A DNA stretch of 64,000 nt. It comes from a bacterium. Lineage in GTDB: Bacteria; Patescibacteriota; Dojkabacteria; JAOAGR01; JBAXGO01. Positions 9,541 to 19,516 of this stretch are shown here, one piece after another. The first letter of the stretch is position 1, and each line of letters starts with the position of its first letter. The DNA is taken from contig JBAXGO010000002.1 of NCBI GenBank assembly GCA_037139335.1, positions 851 through 64,850 of the forward strand, given 5' to 3'. The position numbers were made by a program, and so were the translations under genes. Below the pieces are notes generated by a model, which saw only the letters and a program-made list of their open reading frames with translations, did not search any database and was not told the DNA's origin.

Positions 9541-10332
9541 ATGATAATATGCTTTTCAAATCAAAAAGGTGGTGTAGGCAAGACGACAACAGCCTTGAAT
9601 GTTGGCTCTATCATTGCTACTTTGGGTTATAAGGTTCTTTTGATAGATATGGATCCACAAGGAAATCTAACTTCTGGGCTTGGTCACTATACTTCTGCAG
9701 ATGAGAATACATTGACGATTTACGACATTTTAATAAATGATAAAAGTGCTGAATCTGTCTATATAACAACAGATATTAAAAATTTATTTCTAATACCATC
9801 AAATATTGAGCTTGCTGGTGCAGAAATTGAGCTCGTATCAAAATTCTCAAGAGAACAAATTTTGAAAAATACAATAAATAGTATTAAAGATCAGTTTGAT
9901 TATATTTTGATTGATTGTCCTCCATCATTAGGACTAATTACGATAAATGCACTAACTGCAGCAGATATGGTATATATTCCAGTCCAATGTGAATATTATG
10001 CACTAGAGGGGATTACACAGCTGACTAATACCATAAATTTAGTTAAAAAAGGATTAAATAAAGATCTAGAAATTGGTGGTGTAATATTAACAATGTTTGA
10101 TGCGAGAACTAAATTATCATCAGACGTGGTAGGAGAAGTAAAAAGAGTTTTTGGGCAAAAAGTATTCGACACTGTAATCCCAAGAAGTGTAAGATTATCT
10201 GAAGCTCCCTCATATGGCAAACCCATAAATATGTATGAAAATGCGTCAAAAGGAGCTAAATCCTATGATGCACTAGCAAAAGAAATTGTAAAAAGACATC
10301 CCGCAAAAGCATCAAAAAAATCAAAAAAGTGA
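9541..10332 (+). CDS. parA: ParA/Soj ATPase
   Basis: NQKGGVGKTTTA, DMDPQGN, DCPPSLG, PVQCEYYALEG, IPRSVRLSEAPSYG. Confidence 0.95.
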   Translation: MIICFSNQKGGVGKTTTALNVGSIIATLGYKVLLIDMDPQGNLTSGLGHYTSADENTLTIYDILINDKSAESVYITTDIKNLFLIPSNIELAGAEIELVSKFSREQILKNTINSIKDQFDYILIDCPPSLGLITINALTAADMVYIPVQCEYYALEGITQLTNTINLVKKGLNKDLEIGGVILTMFDARTKLSSDVVGEVKRVFGQKVFDTVIPRSVRLSEAPSYGKPINMYENASKGAKSYDALAKEIVKRHPAKASKKSKK

Positions 10333-10356
10333 TAAAATTTATTATATATAAATAAT

Positions 10357-11088
10357 ATGCCGGCAAAAAAAAACATAACAATCACAACTAATCAGCCCGT
10401 ACCTCCATCCGTAATGACTGAAACAACAGTAATAAAGAAAAAGAAAGGCTGGTTAAGACACCCAATTAGGAATACAACGGGATGCTTGATATCCCTACTA
10501 GGTCTTGGAGTAATTGTTTTTTTCGTCACATCACTAATATTTATGGGATTATGGATTAGAACGTGGTCTGTATTCACACAAGAAAGGACGGTAGGATATG
10601 TAACAGTAAGTGCATTGAAAGTAGATTCTTCTGGAAACAAGACATTTTCTCTAACTTATGAAGGGTTAGATCAGGAAGCTGCTTTTGGGCGTTTCTTTCC
10701 TTGGGGAGATAAACAGATTAAGAAAGAGAAATTTACCGTAGATAATTTACAAGGCGACTCTTTCCGAGTTTACACGTCTTTTTTCAAATGGAAGGATTGG
10801 TTAACATTTTTGGGAACACCACCGCTGTATAAAATATCGTCTATCAGAAGCGATTATTATTATTCAAACGAATTTAACCAAAATAACAGTAACTTACGAG
10901 CAATTGCAGTAAATGGAGGAGAGGATGAATTTTGGAGATCTGTAATGGAAGGTAAAAGTTTCTGGAATTTCGGAGCTAATGCAACCTACATTTCAAGCCC
11001 TGGTCAATTAGTAACAAACAAAGATAAAAAATTCGCGATTGTAGTCACAGAAGATTCCATGATTTTACAAGAAGTCCCAAACGTATAA
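10357..11088 (+). CDS. Hypothetical single-TM membrane protein
   Basis: 243-aa ORF with a TM segment near aa 43-67. Confidence 0.65.
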   Translation: MPAKKNITITTNQPVPPSVMTETTVIKKKKGWLRHPIRNTTGCLISLLGLGVIVFFVTSLIFMGLWIRTWSVFTQERTVGYVTVSALKVDSSGNKTFSLTYEGLDQEAAFGRFFPWGDKQIKKEKFTVDNLQGDSFRVYTSFFKWKDWLTFLGTPPLYKISSIRSDYYYSNEFNQNNSNLRAIAVNGGEDEFWRSVMEGKSFWNFGANATYISSPGQLVTNKDKKFAIVVTEDSMILQEVPNV

Positions 11089-11259
11089 AATTGGTGTACA
11101 TACATATAAAAAGGTAGGCATCATCAATTTTGCCTAGTCATCTTAATATTTGCTTTTTACTCATCATATATAATATAATGTTGTGAATTGGTATCCACGG
11201 AGACTTTAGATTCCCTGAAGCTACCTATTTAAGATAATTAATTTATTTAGTCGAAACAG

Positions 11260-11532
11260 ATGGAAGAAAACAGATCAAGATTATTTGTAGGTGGTGTCGC
11301 ATGGGCATCAACAGAAGATTCACTTCGTGACGCATTCTCAGCAGCAGGTACAGTAGTATCCGTTAGAATCATCAAAGATAAAAGAACCGGTAAATCAAAA
11401 GGTTACGCATTTGTAGAAATGTCAACACCTGACGAAGCACAAAAGGCAATTGAACTCTTTAATGGTCAACAGATTGACGGCAGAGTAGTTACAGTAAATG
11501 TAGCTAGACCAATGGAACAAAGAAGTTTCTAA
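11260..11532 (+). CDS. Single-RRM RNA-binding protein
   Basis: RNP2 LFVGGV and RNP1 KGYAFVEM. Confidence 0.95.
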   Translation: MEENRSRLFVGGVAWASTEDSLRDAFSAAGTVVSVRIIKDKRTGKSKGYAFVEMSTPDEAQKAIELFNGQQIDGRVVTVNVARPMEQRSF

Positions 11533-11550
11533 ACCTCAAATCAAAAATTA

Positions 11551-11579
11551 AAAAGGAGCTGAAAGGCTCCTTTTTTTTT
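11551..11579 (+). terminator. Rho-independent terminator
   Basis: aaaaggagct-gaa-aggctcc followed by T9. Confidence 0.9.
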
Positions 11580-11619
11580 CGTTGTTTTTTTCCGATTCTT
11601 AGAAGTAAAGTTAAAAATT

Positions 11620-12290
11620 TGTCACCCTGAGTACTTCGGCAAGCTCAGTATATGCTTTATTGAAAGGAATTCCCCCTAATGTCATTCCTGCGAAAGCAGG
11701 AATCCATGTAATCTCTTATCACTTTCTATGTCATGCCGCACTTCCTTTCTATGTCATCCCGAATGAAATGAGGGATCTCGTCGGATTAAAGCTTAGCAAC
11801 ATATCGTCTTATTAATTAACGAGATTTCTCACTAACGTTCGAAATGACATAGATCTTCGAAGAGCACACCACAGGCTCATCCCCTTAATCTGTCATTCCT
11901 GCGAAAGCAGGAATCCATGCATTCTTGTTGTCACCCTGAGCTTGTCGAAGGGAGACTGTCGGAAAATTTCAAAACAAAGAACGGAATGAACACACCCCGC
12001 CTCTTCTTTCGCTAAAGCTACAGAAGACAAGTTCGGCACCCCTCTTCCCAGAGGGGAATTTTAAAAATGAAACAAAAAAATATGTCACCCTGAGCTTGTC
12101 GAAGGGCGACTGTAGGATTTTTTCCCTCCTTACCGAGGAGGAAACCAAGGGGGGCAAACCCCTAAACTGACCTCACTGCCTCGCTTTGCTCAGCACCTCT
12201 CCTTTCGAAGGAGAGGATTGGGGAATGAATACAATAACCTCTCTTTCCCGCAAGCGGGACATCTCCCCTTTTGTAAAAGGAGAGAATAAT
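11620..12290. repeat. Mosaic of REP/REPIN-like palindromic elements from several families
   Basis: TGTCATTCCTGCGAAAGCAGGAATCCATG at 11680 and 11891; TGTCACCCTGAGCTTGTCGAAGGG at 11929 and 12083 (interrupted copy at 11620); long inverted pair 11748-11853; CCCCTCT/CCTCTCC-type hairpins 12038-12286. Confidence 0.85.
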
Positions 12291-12340
12291 AAGAGCTCAC
12301 CACAGAATCCTCCAACGGTAAGGGATTTTTAGAAGACAAG

Positions 12341-12586
12341 TTAGGCAACCTTCTTTACAACCATAGATTTAATAAAATGTACTATTTGTAAAAGTACTAA
12401 TGGGAAAAGTATAACTGCATTGATGAATCCAGCGATAAAGACAAGATATAAGTATTCATCACCATTACAGAATTCCGAACATATAGGTCTATTAACACTA
12501 ATAATGGAAAAAACAATAATCAAAACGATAAGTGTGAACGTTAGAATTATAGTTAAAATATTTATAACTTTATCAATTTTTTTCAT
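12341..12586 (-). CDS. Small two-TM membrane protein
   Basis: 81 aa, two hydrophobic helices with a CSEFC loop. Confidence 0.6.
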   Translation of the reverse strand: MKKIDKVINILTIILTFTLIVLIIVFSIISVNRPICSEFCNGDEYLYLVFIAGFINAVILFPLVLLQIVHFIKSMVVKKVA

Positions 12587-12605
12587 TTTACAATAATTAA
12601 TTCAC

Positions 12606-13505
12606 TTATAATAACATTCTCTCCACATATGGCCTATATTTCAATATATCATTTCCAATAAGGACTATTTTGTTTTTTTGTGGTAGTAATTTATCAGTTT
12701 CTTTAAAAGATACCTTACCTGCAACTGAATTTAAAATATACTTATGATCAGAAATATCAGTAAAGAAGCCTTTACTTCTATATATGTTTTTTGGAAGATT
12801 TTCTAATTTATTTTGTAATTCTTGAATATTTAAAACTTCGTAATTTTCTATCGAAAAAGATTGATATTCATATATTTCATGTTCATAATTTTCTACTACA
12901 TTTAATTCAGAATCTATAAAACTATCGTGTAAACCTATTATTACACTTGCTGGAATATTAGCATCACTTGTTTCAATGATTCTAGCTGTTGGATAAATAC
13001 CTAAAATATCATCTTTTATCAAATCAATTGTTTCCTCATCTGATTGATCTACTTTATTAATTATATATAAATCTACAAAGCTAGCTTGACTTTGAGCAGC
13101 CCAGGACTTCTCAATTTCTTTTAATTTTTTGAAATTCAGAGCATCAATGACAACTATAGCGCCATCGATATAAACATTTTTTACCAATTCTAATGATATT
13201 ATTATTTGTGCTGGTTTAGCTAATCCAGAAGCCTCGATAAAGATTCTGTCTGGTTTGTAATCTTGAATAATTTTATCTAACGCTTCGTTCAAAGCCCCCA
13301 CTAATGTACAGCAAATACAACCATTAGCTAGCTCTGTAACTGTTAATTTGGGACTTGAAAGTTCCAAGGCATCTACACCTACATCCCCAATTTCATTTTT
13401 AATAATTGCAACTTTCTCTTTATCCCAAATGCTTTTTACAGCATTTTGAATCAAAGTAGTTTTACCACTTCCCAGAAAACCAGTAATAATTGTTACGGGA
13501 ATCAT
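12606..13505 (-). CDS. COG0523/CobW-family G3E GTPase metallochaperone
   Basis: GFLGSGKTT, NEIG, GCICC, EASGLA, NKVD, YRSKG. Confidence 0.92.
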   Translation of the reverse strand: MIPVTIITGFLGSGKTTLIQNAVKSIWDKEKVAIIKNEIGDVGVDALELSSPKLTVTELANGCICCTLVGALNEALDKIIQDYKPDRIFIEASGLAKPAQIIISLELVKNVYIDGAIVVIDALNFKKLKEIEKSWAAQSQASFVDLYIINKVDQSDEETIDLIKDDILGIYPTARIIETSDANIPASVIIGLHDSFIDSELNVVENYEHEIYEYQSFSIENYEVLNIQELQNKLENLPKNIYRSKGFFTDISDHKYILNSVAGKVSFKETDKLLPQKNKIVLIGNDILKYRPYVERMLL

Positions 13506-13561
13506 ATTTTATCTTTCAGTTAACAATGGTTATAATATCATTATTCGGTGATTATAAATAT

Positions 13562-14158
13562 ATGGAGAAAAAAGAAGTATTAGCTATTTTCGATTTTGAT
13601 AAAACAATTACAGTTAAAGATTCGCTAATTGATTTCACAATATACAGCTTTGGTCTATTTACATTTATGAAAGGGATTGTATTATTAATTCCGATTTTAA
13701 TAAAGTGGAAACTCGGCTTAACAAGCAATAATATTGTTAAAGAGAAATACTTTACTTTATTTTTCAAAAATATCGAAAATGATAAGTTTAATAATATGTG
13801 CAAAAGATACTGCGAGAAAAAACTTACTAAAATATTGAATAAAGATGCAATTGAAAAGATCAAATGGCATAAAGAGATGCAACATCATTTAATAATAATC
13901 AGTGCATCTATGGAAAATTGGATTTCGCCATGGGCGGAAAGAAATGGTTTTGAAAAAGTTATTGGAACAATCCCTGAAATCGCTAATGATAAACTAACTG
14001 GTTTGTTTATAGGAAAAAACTGCTATGGAGTAGAGAAGTATGATAGATTGAAGAAACTATACGATATAAATAATTATAAAATATATGTTTATACTGACAG
14101 TATGAGTGATAGACCTATCATGGATTTAGCTGAAAAAAAATATTACAGAAATTTTTAA
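13562..14158 (+). CDS. HAD-IB phosphatase, candidate polyprenyl-phosphoribose-5-phosphate phosphatase
   Basis: FDFDKT, ISAS, NCYGVEK, YTDSMSD; convergent with the UbiA-type gene. Confidence 0.85.
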   Translation: MEKKEVLAIFDFDKTITVKDSLIDFTIYSFGLFTFMKGIVLLIPILIKWKLGLTSNNIVKEKYFTLFFKNIENDKFNNMCKRYCEKKLTKILNKDAIEKIKWHKEMQHHLIIISASMENWISPWAERNGFEKVIGTIPEIANDKLTGLFIGKNCYGVEKYDRLKKLYDINNYKIYVYTDSMSDRPIMDLAEKKYYRNF

Positions 14159-14162
14159 TTTC

Positions 14163-15008
14163 CTATCTAACATAAACTAGAAAAGCGCTATACGAAACAA
14201 ACAATACTACCATTGCAAAAAGCTGCTTATCCGAAAAAAACATAAATTCAGGTTTTTCACCTTTTGATTCTGTTTCAACGATATAATAATATCTAAATAA
14301 TATAAGCGTAAACAACACAATCGAAGGCATATGTAATAAGCCTAAATTTATTGAATAAGTAGTAAATGCAGTAATTGTAATCCCAAGACTAATTAATAAT
14401 AATGAATGTAGAAATTCTGGTGTATACTTTTTTAAAACAAATCTAGTTTGATTATTTCTAATTTCACAATATCTCTTGGAAATAATTAATATTAACGATC
14501 CAAAAAAAACCGTTGTAAAAAGCCACCCAGAGACTGAAATATCTGTTGCAGCAGATCCACTATATAAGCGAAATAAATACATTCCAGAAACGAATATAAT
14601 GTCCCAAAGCGCTATTTTTTTCAAATAAAACGTATATAACAAATTTGTTATTAAATACGCAATAAGTATTAAAACGATTTTGTAATTATAAACATATACA
14701 CTTAGTAAAGCATCAGAAATAAAAAAGAATAAAATAAGTAAATACGCTTCCATATTGCTTATTTGACCTGATGCTAGTGGACGATTTTTCTTTGATGGAT
14801 GTTGTCGGTCTTCTTCGACATCTTTTATATCATTTATTAAGTAAACAATACTAGCTGTAAAAGAGAATAAAATAAAAACTAAACTAGATATAAATAAATT
14901 TTGTGAAGTAAAAATTGCTCCTCCAAAAAATATAGGAAAAAAGATTATCAAATTTTTTATCCAATGATGGACTCTAATTTCTTCAATTATACTAAATGTT
15001 TTATTCAT
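14163..15008 (-). CDS. UbiA-family polyprenyl-phosphate phosphoribosyltransferase (DPPR synthase-like)
   Basis: RVHHWIKNL, YLINDIKDVEEDRQHPSKKNRPLASG, SKRYCE, KPEFMFFSDK. Confidence 0.88.
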   Translation of the reverse strand: MNKTFSIIEEIRVHHWIKNLIIFFPIFFGGAIFTSQNLFISSLVFILFSFTASIVYLINDIKDVEEDRQHPSKKNRPLASGQISNMEAYLLILFFFISDALLSVYVYNYKIVLILIAYLITNLLYTFYLKKIALWDIIFVSGMYLFRLYSGSAATDISVSGWLFTTVFFGSLILIISKRYCEIRNNQTRFVLKKYTPEFLHSLLLISLGITITAFTTYSINLGLLHMPSIVLFTLILFRYYYIVETESKGEKPEFMFFSDKQLFAMVVLFVSYSAFLVYVR

Positions 15009-16101
15009 AATTTTTAAATAACTTTCCCCATCTATTTTTCTTAATCCATGTTTTATAAATCTTATTATACTTTCTAGGCCACATTATTTTATCGTGATAA
15101 ATTTCTGACGCAAATATAAATAGTTTAACTAGAGGTGTTCGGAAAAATAATTTTTGGGTACTTTTCAATGGTCCAAACCAAAACATATCTCCACCAACAC
15201 GTTTTACTAAATTTTTGCCAACCTCAAAATGCCAATTTTCTTTCATAACATCAATATCTCCAACAATTTCAATTTCATCCATAATTCCTGTACCTAAACC
15301 GAGTTCCGTACCAAGTTGAATATATTTAATCCCCATAGGATCAAATCCCATAAGTTTAGCGGCAACTGCGTCTATCGCAACTTGATCAGATGATGCAAGA
15401 ATTATACCTTTGTCTTCCGGAGTCATGGTTCTAGGCCCAGGTCCATTACCTGCCATTGTTCCATCCATTACTGCAAAAAGACCAGGATGAATTTCCTTTT
15501 GAATAGCTAGCAAATCGATTATGGTTTCATGAATGAAGGAATGAGTATAGTGTCGTTTGGTACTTAATAATCCGCCAAATGCGTTCTTAATAGCACCTGT
15601 AGTAGTTGTATAAATGTGACATTTAACTGTTGGCAAATGAACTATATTTTTTCCAACAAAATAATCTGGTATACGTATACCTTCTGGAAATATTTTATCC
15701 AATACAAGCATCTTTGCTTTTGGTTTGTATATTATCCATTTCATATCTTCTTTTTCACCAATTTTGAAATTGAATAATACAGGAATTTTATATTTTTTAA
15801 ATATTGAAACATATTTATTAAGATCTTCACCAAGAAAGGCATCTGTAACAACAGTTTTGTTTTGAACAGCCACAATATCGTTAAAACCATTTTCATTCAA
15901 ACTCTGAATTGTCCCCTCTAACTGCCAAGGAGTCGTATTTGCAGCAGGCATTGGCATATGCCAAGATATATTGTCTTTTAAAATAGTAGTCTTTGTTTTA
16001 TCTAATGTTTCATTAACTCCTGCAAGGAGCAGTAGTTTTTTATAGTCAGCAAGGACTGTTTCCGGTTTAGTTCTCAATACTGCAACTTTTGATTTAACCA
16101 T
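15001..16101 (-). CDS. DUF362-domain protein with no ferredoxin domain
   Basis: ILKDNI, HLPTVKCH..TTTGAIKNAFG, AVMDG..AGNGP, ASSDQVAIDAVAAKLMG. Confidence 0.8.
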   Translation of the reverse strand: MVKSKVAVLRTKPETVLADYKKLLLLAGVNETLDKTKTTILKDNISWHMPMPAANTTPWQLEGTIQSLNENGFNDIVAVQNKTVVTDAFLGEDLNKYVSIFKKYKIPVLFNFKIGEKEDMKWIIYKPKAKMLVLDKIFPEGIRIPDYFVGKNIVHLPTVKCHIYTTTTGAIKNAFGGLLSTKRHYTHSFIHETIIDLLAIQKEIHPGLFAVMDGTMAGNGPGPRTMTPEDKGIILASSDQVAIDAVAAKLMGFDPMGIKYIQLGTELGLGTGIMDEIEIVGDIDVMKENWHFEVGKNLVKRVGGDMFWFGPLKSTQKLFFRTPLVKLFIFASEIYHDKIMWPRKYNKIYKTWIKKNRWGKLFKNYE

Positions 16102-16105
16102 AATA

Positions 16106-16546
16106 TTATTTATTATCTATTTTTTTGAATACAAAATATTTGTACATAACGAAGCTCCAAAACATCTGGAATGTCGTTGAAACTATTTTAGCAACTGGAG
16201 GAATTAAACCCAAATTTGAAAACATTCCATATAAGATTCCATTGAAGAATACAAGATTTATAGAATGTACAAATAAAAATTTCCATGCTTGATGCAGAAT
16301 ATTACCTTCTTTATGATTAAAAGACCATATTCTTTGTAAACCAAAATTAAATATAATACTAATAGATGCAGATATTATGTTTGCAGTTGAAAATAATCCA
16401 AAAAAGAATGGATTAAACTTCAATACATAAACTTGATAATTAAGAATTAAAAAATCTATTAAAACAGCTGTTGCTGATATGATAAAGAATCGTAAGAATT
16501 CATAAGTAAAAATAGTATTTTTTATTTTTATGGCTTTCTCCTTCAT
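16106..16546 (-). CDS. GtrA-family lipid-linked sugar flippase
   Basis: EFLRFFI, FNFGLQRIWSF, WKFL, AKIVS..WSFVMYKYFVF; 4 TM. Confidence 0.88.
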   Translation of the reverse strand: MKEKAIKIKNTIFTYEFLRFFIISATAVLIDFLILNYQVYVLKFNPFFFGLFSTANIISASISIIFNFGLQRIWSFNHKEGNILHQAWKFLFVHSINLVFFNGILYGMFSNLGLIPPVAKIVSTTFQMFWSFVMYKYFVFKKIDNK

Positions 16547-18249
16547 TTCCCCAAATATAGTATGTTAAATAAATCATTTTGAGTCATCTTACCTTCATTT
16601 TTCAAAATATATACAGGAGAATGATCATAAACTTGAAATGATTCATCCGCAGCATTATCGTTAATTTCCCAAGGGCCAAGACGTGGATATGAAGTAATAT
16701 GCTGTACAACTGTATAACCTAATTTGCCGCTAAATAATTTATCATAATATTTTGACATTATTGGATATGCAATTTCATCTTCTCTAGGTATTGAATCAGT
16801 CAATCTCTTACTAGCAATTATCATGTAATCTCCTTTTGACAATGTTAGTGCCATCTCTCTGTATTTTTGATCAGTTTCAGCATCATATCCTTTCACTTGT
16901 GCAAATCTATATTTTCCAGGAAATAATCCCGGCAAGGCATGCGGTAAGGAATAATCCCAATGTTCAGTAACGATGTTGCTTCCTGCAGGAACATTATAAT
17001 AAACCCATTCTGTGGTTGTCCTCCAAGTATGTTCATTCGTGTATACCGACATATACATAAATGCCCAAATAAAGGGAATAAAAAGAACAATAAAGACAGG
17101 AATAATTTTGAGTCGAACATCTTTGATATATTCAGTAATTTTTACAGTAAACCATGCAGCACCTATAATTATTACTGGTACAAGCGGCAATGTATATCTC
17201 ATAAACTTTGTATATTGAACTCCGATGTACAGAAAAAATAATATACAAAATAATAGTATTGGAAAGGCCTTATATTTTTCTTTTTTAATAAAGATAGAAA
17301 ATAACCACCAAATAATACCTATGAATCCAATCGTTGGTATAATGAAACTTAAAGACCAATTAAGATTATAAAACTGATACCAAAATGGTTCTGTATTAAA
17401 ATATTGAACAGTATAAGGAACAGGAATAGTTCCTGATACCATACCGTTTTCATATTTCAAAGCATCCATAAATTTATCAAATTTTAATAGCGAATATGGA
17501 CTAGAAAGAAACGCAAATGTAAATGTTATAGCTAAAAAATAAATTCCTTCTATAATATAATTTAATCCATGTGTGAAAAGTTTTCTCTCTCTTTTGACAT
17601 CTTCCATAAATTTAACAAAGATAGTTAATGCTGGAATTATCAGAAAAAAAGCACCTGTCATTTTCGTTCCAATAGATAGTCCTGAAAAAATAGCTGCTAA
17701 TAGCCAATACATTTTTTTATTACTTTCTATAATTTTTATAGAAAAAATCATTACTAACAATAGAAAAAATATTAGTGCTGTTTCTGTAACTATGTAATGA
17801 GCATGCTGAATAAAGATTACAGAACATGCCGCAATAAATGCAGATATTAATGCAATTCTTTTTCCTTTTAGCATTTTAGCTAAAATGTATATAAGAATTA
17901 TTGTTGCGGTAGATAAAGTAGCTGAAACAACACGACCAATCAATGTTATTTTGACTATATCGCTTAGCCAAGTTGGATCATTTGTAACCACAGAAACAAC
18001 TTGTACAACAGCCCTATCCATATATGGAGCAAAAGAATTATACGAATAAAACTGAGGATCTAGTTTATCTGGAATAGAAATTTTGGAAACCATGTTTGCA
18101 ACTGTAATTTCATCAGGATGATAAAAATAGCCTCCATCCCATTCCAAATTATAAAATCTGAATATTCCTCCCATAATCACTATGATAAACATTACCCATA
18201 ATGAAAAATATTTTGATTTAATTAACGAAGAATTAAGTATTTTTTTCAT
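16543..18249 (-). CDS. GT-C fold glycosyltransferase (PMT_2/ArnT-like)
   Basis: RFYNLEWD..FYHPDE acidic loop, about 12 TM, extracytoplasmic C-terminal domain. Confidence 0.85.
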   Translation of the reverse strand: MKKILNSSLIKSKYFSLWVMFIIVIMGGIFRFYNLEWDGGYFYHPDEITVANMVSKISIPDKLDPQFYSYNSFAPYMDRAVVQVVSVVTNDPTWLSDIVKITLIGRVVSATLSTATIILIYILAKMLKGKRIALISAFIAACSVIFIQHAHYIVTETALIFFLLLVMIFSIKIIESNKKMYWLLAAIFSGLSIGTKMTGAFFLIIPALTIFVKFMEDVKRERKLFTHGLNYIIEGIYFLAITFTFAFLSSPYSLLKFDKFMDALKYENGMVSGTIPVPYTVQYFNTEPFWYQFYNLNWSLSFIIPTIGFIGIIWWLFSIFIKKEKYKAFPILLFCILFFLYIGVQYTKFMRYTLPLVPVIIIGAAWFTVKITEYIKDVRLKIIPVFIVLFIPFIWAFMYMSVYTNEHTWRTTTEWVYYNVPAGSNIVTEHWDYSLPHALPGLFPGKYRFAQVKGYDAETDQKYREMALTLSKGDYMIIASKRLTDSIPREDEIAYPIMSKYYDKLFSGKLGYTVVQHITSYPRLGPWEINDNAADESFQVYDHSPVYILKNEGKMTQNDLFNILYLGK

Positions 18250-18250
18250 T

Positions 18251-18961
18251 TTAATTATTTGTAAATTTTAATTGAGTAATTGCCTTGAACATTGCGAATG
18301 AAGAACGAGATAATTTAACTTTTGAATGTGGTTTGTCTTCCCATTCTATAGGATATTCCAATATTGTAAACCCTTTATTTTTTACCTCAACTAATAAATT
18401 TACATCAAATGCCATATTCATAATTGATAACTGAAAAAGTATACTATTCATAACCTTTCTCGTGATTATCTTTGCACCACATTGAGTATCTTTAATATTC
18501 AATTGAAAATATATATTCACTATTAAATTAAAAACCCTACTAGTTATCCTTCTAATAATGGGTTGTTTTTTTACTATTGCACCTTTCAACCAACGAGATC
18601 CTGCTATACAATCAACTTTTTTCTCTATCATCTTATCAAATAATTTATTCAGTATTTCAGGGCGTATAGAATTATCGGCATCAACATAGGCAATATTATC
18701 AAATCTAGAATTTTCAAATCCTCGCATAATTGCACCACCTTTACCAATAGCTTCAGGATAAACTAAATATCTAGTTTTCAAATCGGATTGTATATATTTT
18801 TTAACTACAGCTTCCGTATTATCTGTACATCCATTTAAGATAACTAAGATCTCATAATTTTGAATGTCTGAGTTTTTATAATATTCTGTATATGATTTTA
18901 AAGTTTCATCAATTCGATTTTCTTCGTTATGCGCAGGAATAATTATTGATAAATTTTTCAT
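18251..18961 (-). CDS. GT2 polyprenyl-phosphate glycosyltransferase (DPM1/DPG synthase-like)
   Basis: IIIPAHNEE, GKGGA, YVDADNS, GSR, DTQCGAK, FDVNLL. Confidence 0.9.
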   Translation of the reverse strand: MKNLSIIIPAHNEENRIDETLKSYTEYYKNSDIQNYEILVILNGCTDNTEAVVKKYIQSDLKTRYLVYPEAIGKGGAIMRGFENSRFDNIAYVDADNSIRPEILNKLFDKMIEKKVDCIAGSRWLKGAIVKKQPIIRRITSRVFNLIVNIYFQLNIKDTQCGAKIITRKVMNSILFQLSIMNMAFDVNLLVEVKNKGFTILEYPIEWEDKPHSKVKLSRSSFAMFKAITQLKFTNN

Positions 18962-19515
18962 TATAAATTAAGCCGTTTTTTTAATATATCTATAATTTCT
19001 GGAAAATCAAGTTTCGGCTTGTAAATACCAAAATGTTCTTGATCATTATATTCATAATACTCCGTATCAAGCATTTTATGAATATAACGGGCTTCTTCAA
19101 TTGGGATAAATGGATCATCAGTAGAATGAAATTGAGCAATCCATTTTTGATTATTCTTTATTAAATCCCATTTCCATTCATCATCATAGTATCCACTCAA
19201 TCTTTCTTCTTCGATTCCAAGATCTGTATAACATGCTGAAACTAGTATAGAACCTAATATTTGATGACTTTCAGCATATTTCATAGCAGCTACGGCTCCT
19301 GATGAATGACCTATTAGAATAGTATTTTCATCAACACCTAATTTATCTAAATATGGAAACCAATATTCTTTACGAGCTAATTCAGGATCTGGAAAATTCT
19401 TAATAACAACTTCAATTCCATAAACAAACATGTGTTCTTTAATATAATTAAACCATGATATTGAGGAGGTTCCTCCGCCATTTCCTGGAATCATTATAAT
19501 TTTAATATTACTCAT
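18961..19515 (-). CDS. RBBP9/YdeN-family alpha/beta serine hydrolase
   Basis: PGNGGG, GHSSG nucleophile, HSTDDPFIP, QEHF; start MSNIKII chosen to avoid overlap. Confidence 0.88.
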   Translation of the reverse strand: MSNIKIIMIPGNGGGTSSISWFNYIKEHMFVYGIEVVIKNFPDPELARKEYWFPYLDKLGVDENTILIGHSSGAVAAMKYAESHQILGSILVSACYTDLGIEEERLSGYYDDEWKWDLIKNNQKWIAQFHSTDDPFIPIEEARYIHKMLDTEYYEYNDQEHFGIYKPKLDFPEIIDILKKRLNL

Positions 19516-19516
19516 T

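Noticed and set aside
11180-11230. Possible structured 5' leader before the RRM gene
   Set aside because: Only short, weak pairings; cannot be supported without covariation data
11680-12113. Possible CRISPR array (repeated 24-31-nt units)
   Set aside because: Different unit families interleaved, irregular spacing, no cas genes
11969-12157. 62-aa ORF in the repeat region
   Set aside because: Translation of palindromic repeat DNA; no independent coding evidence
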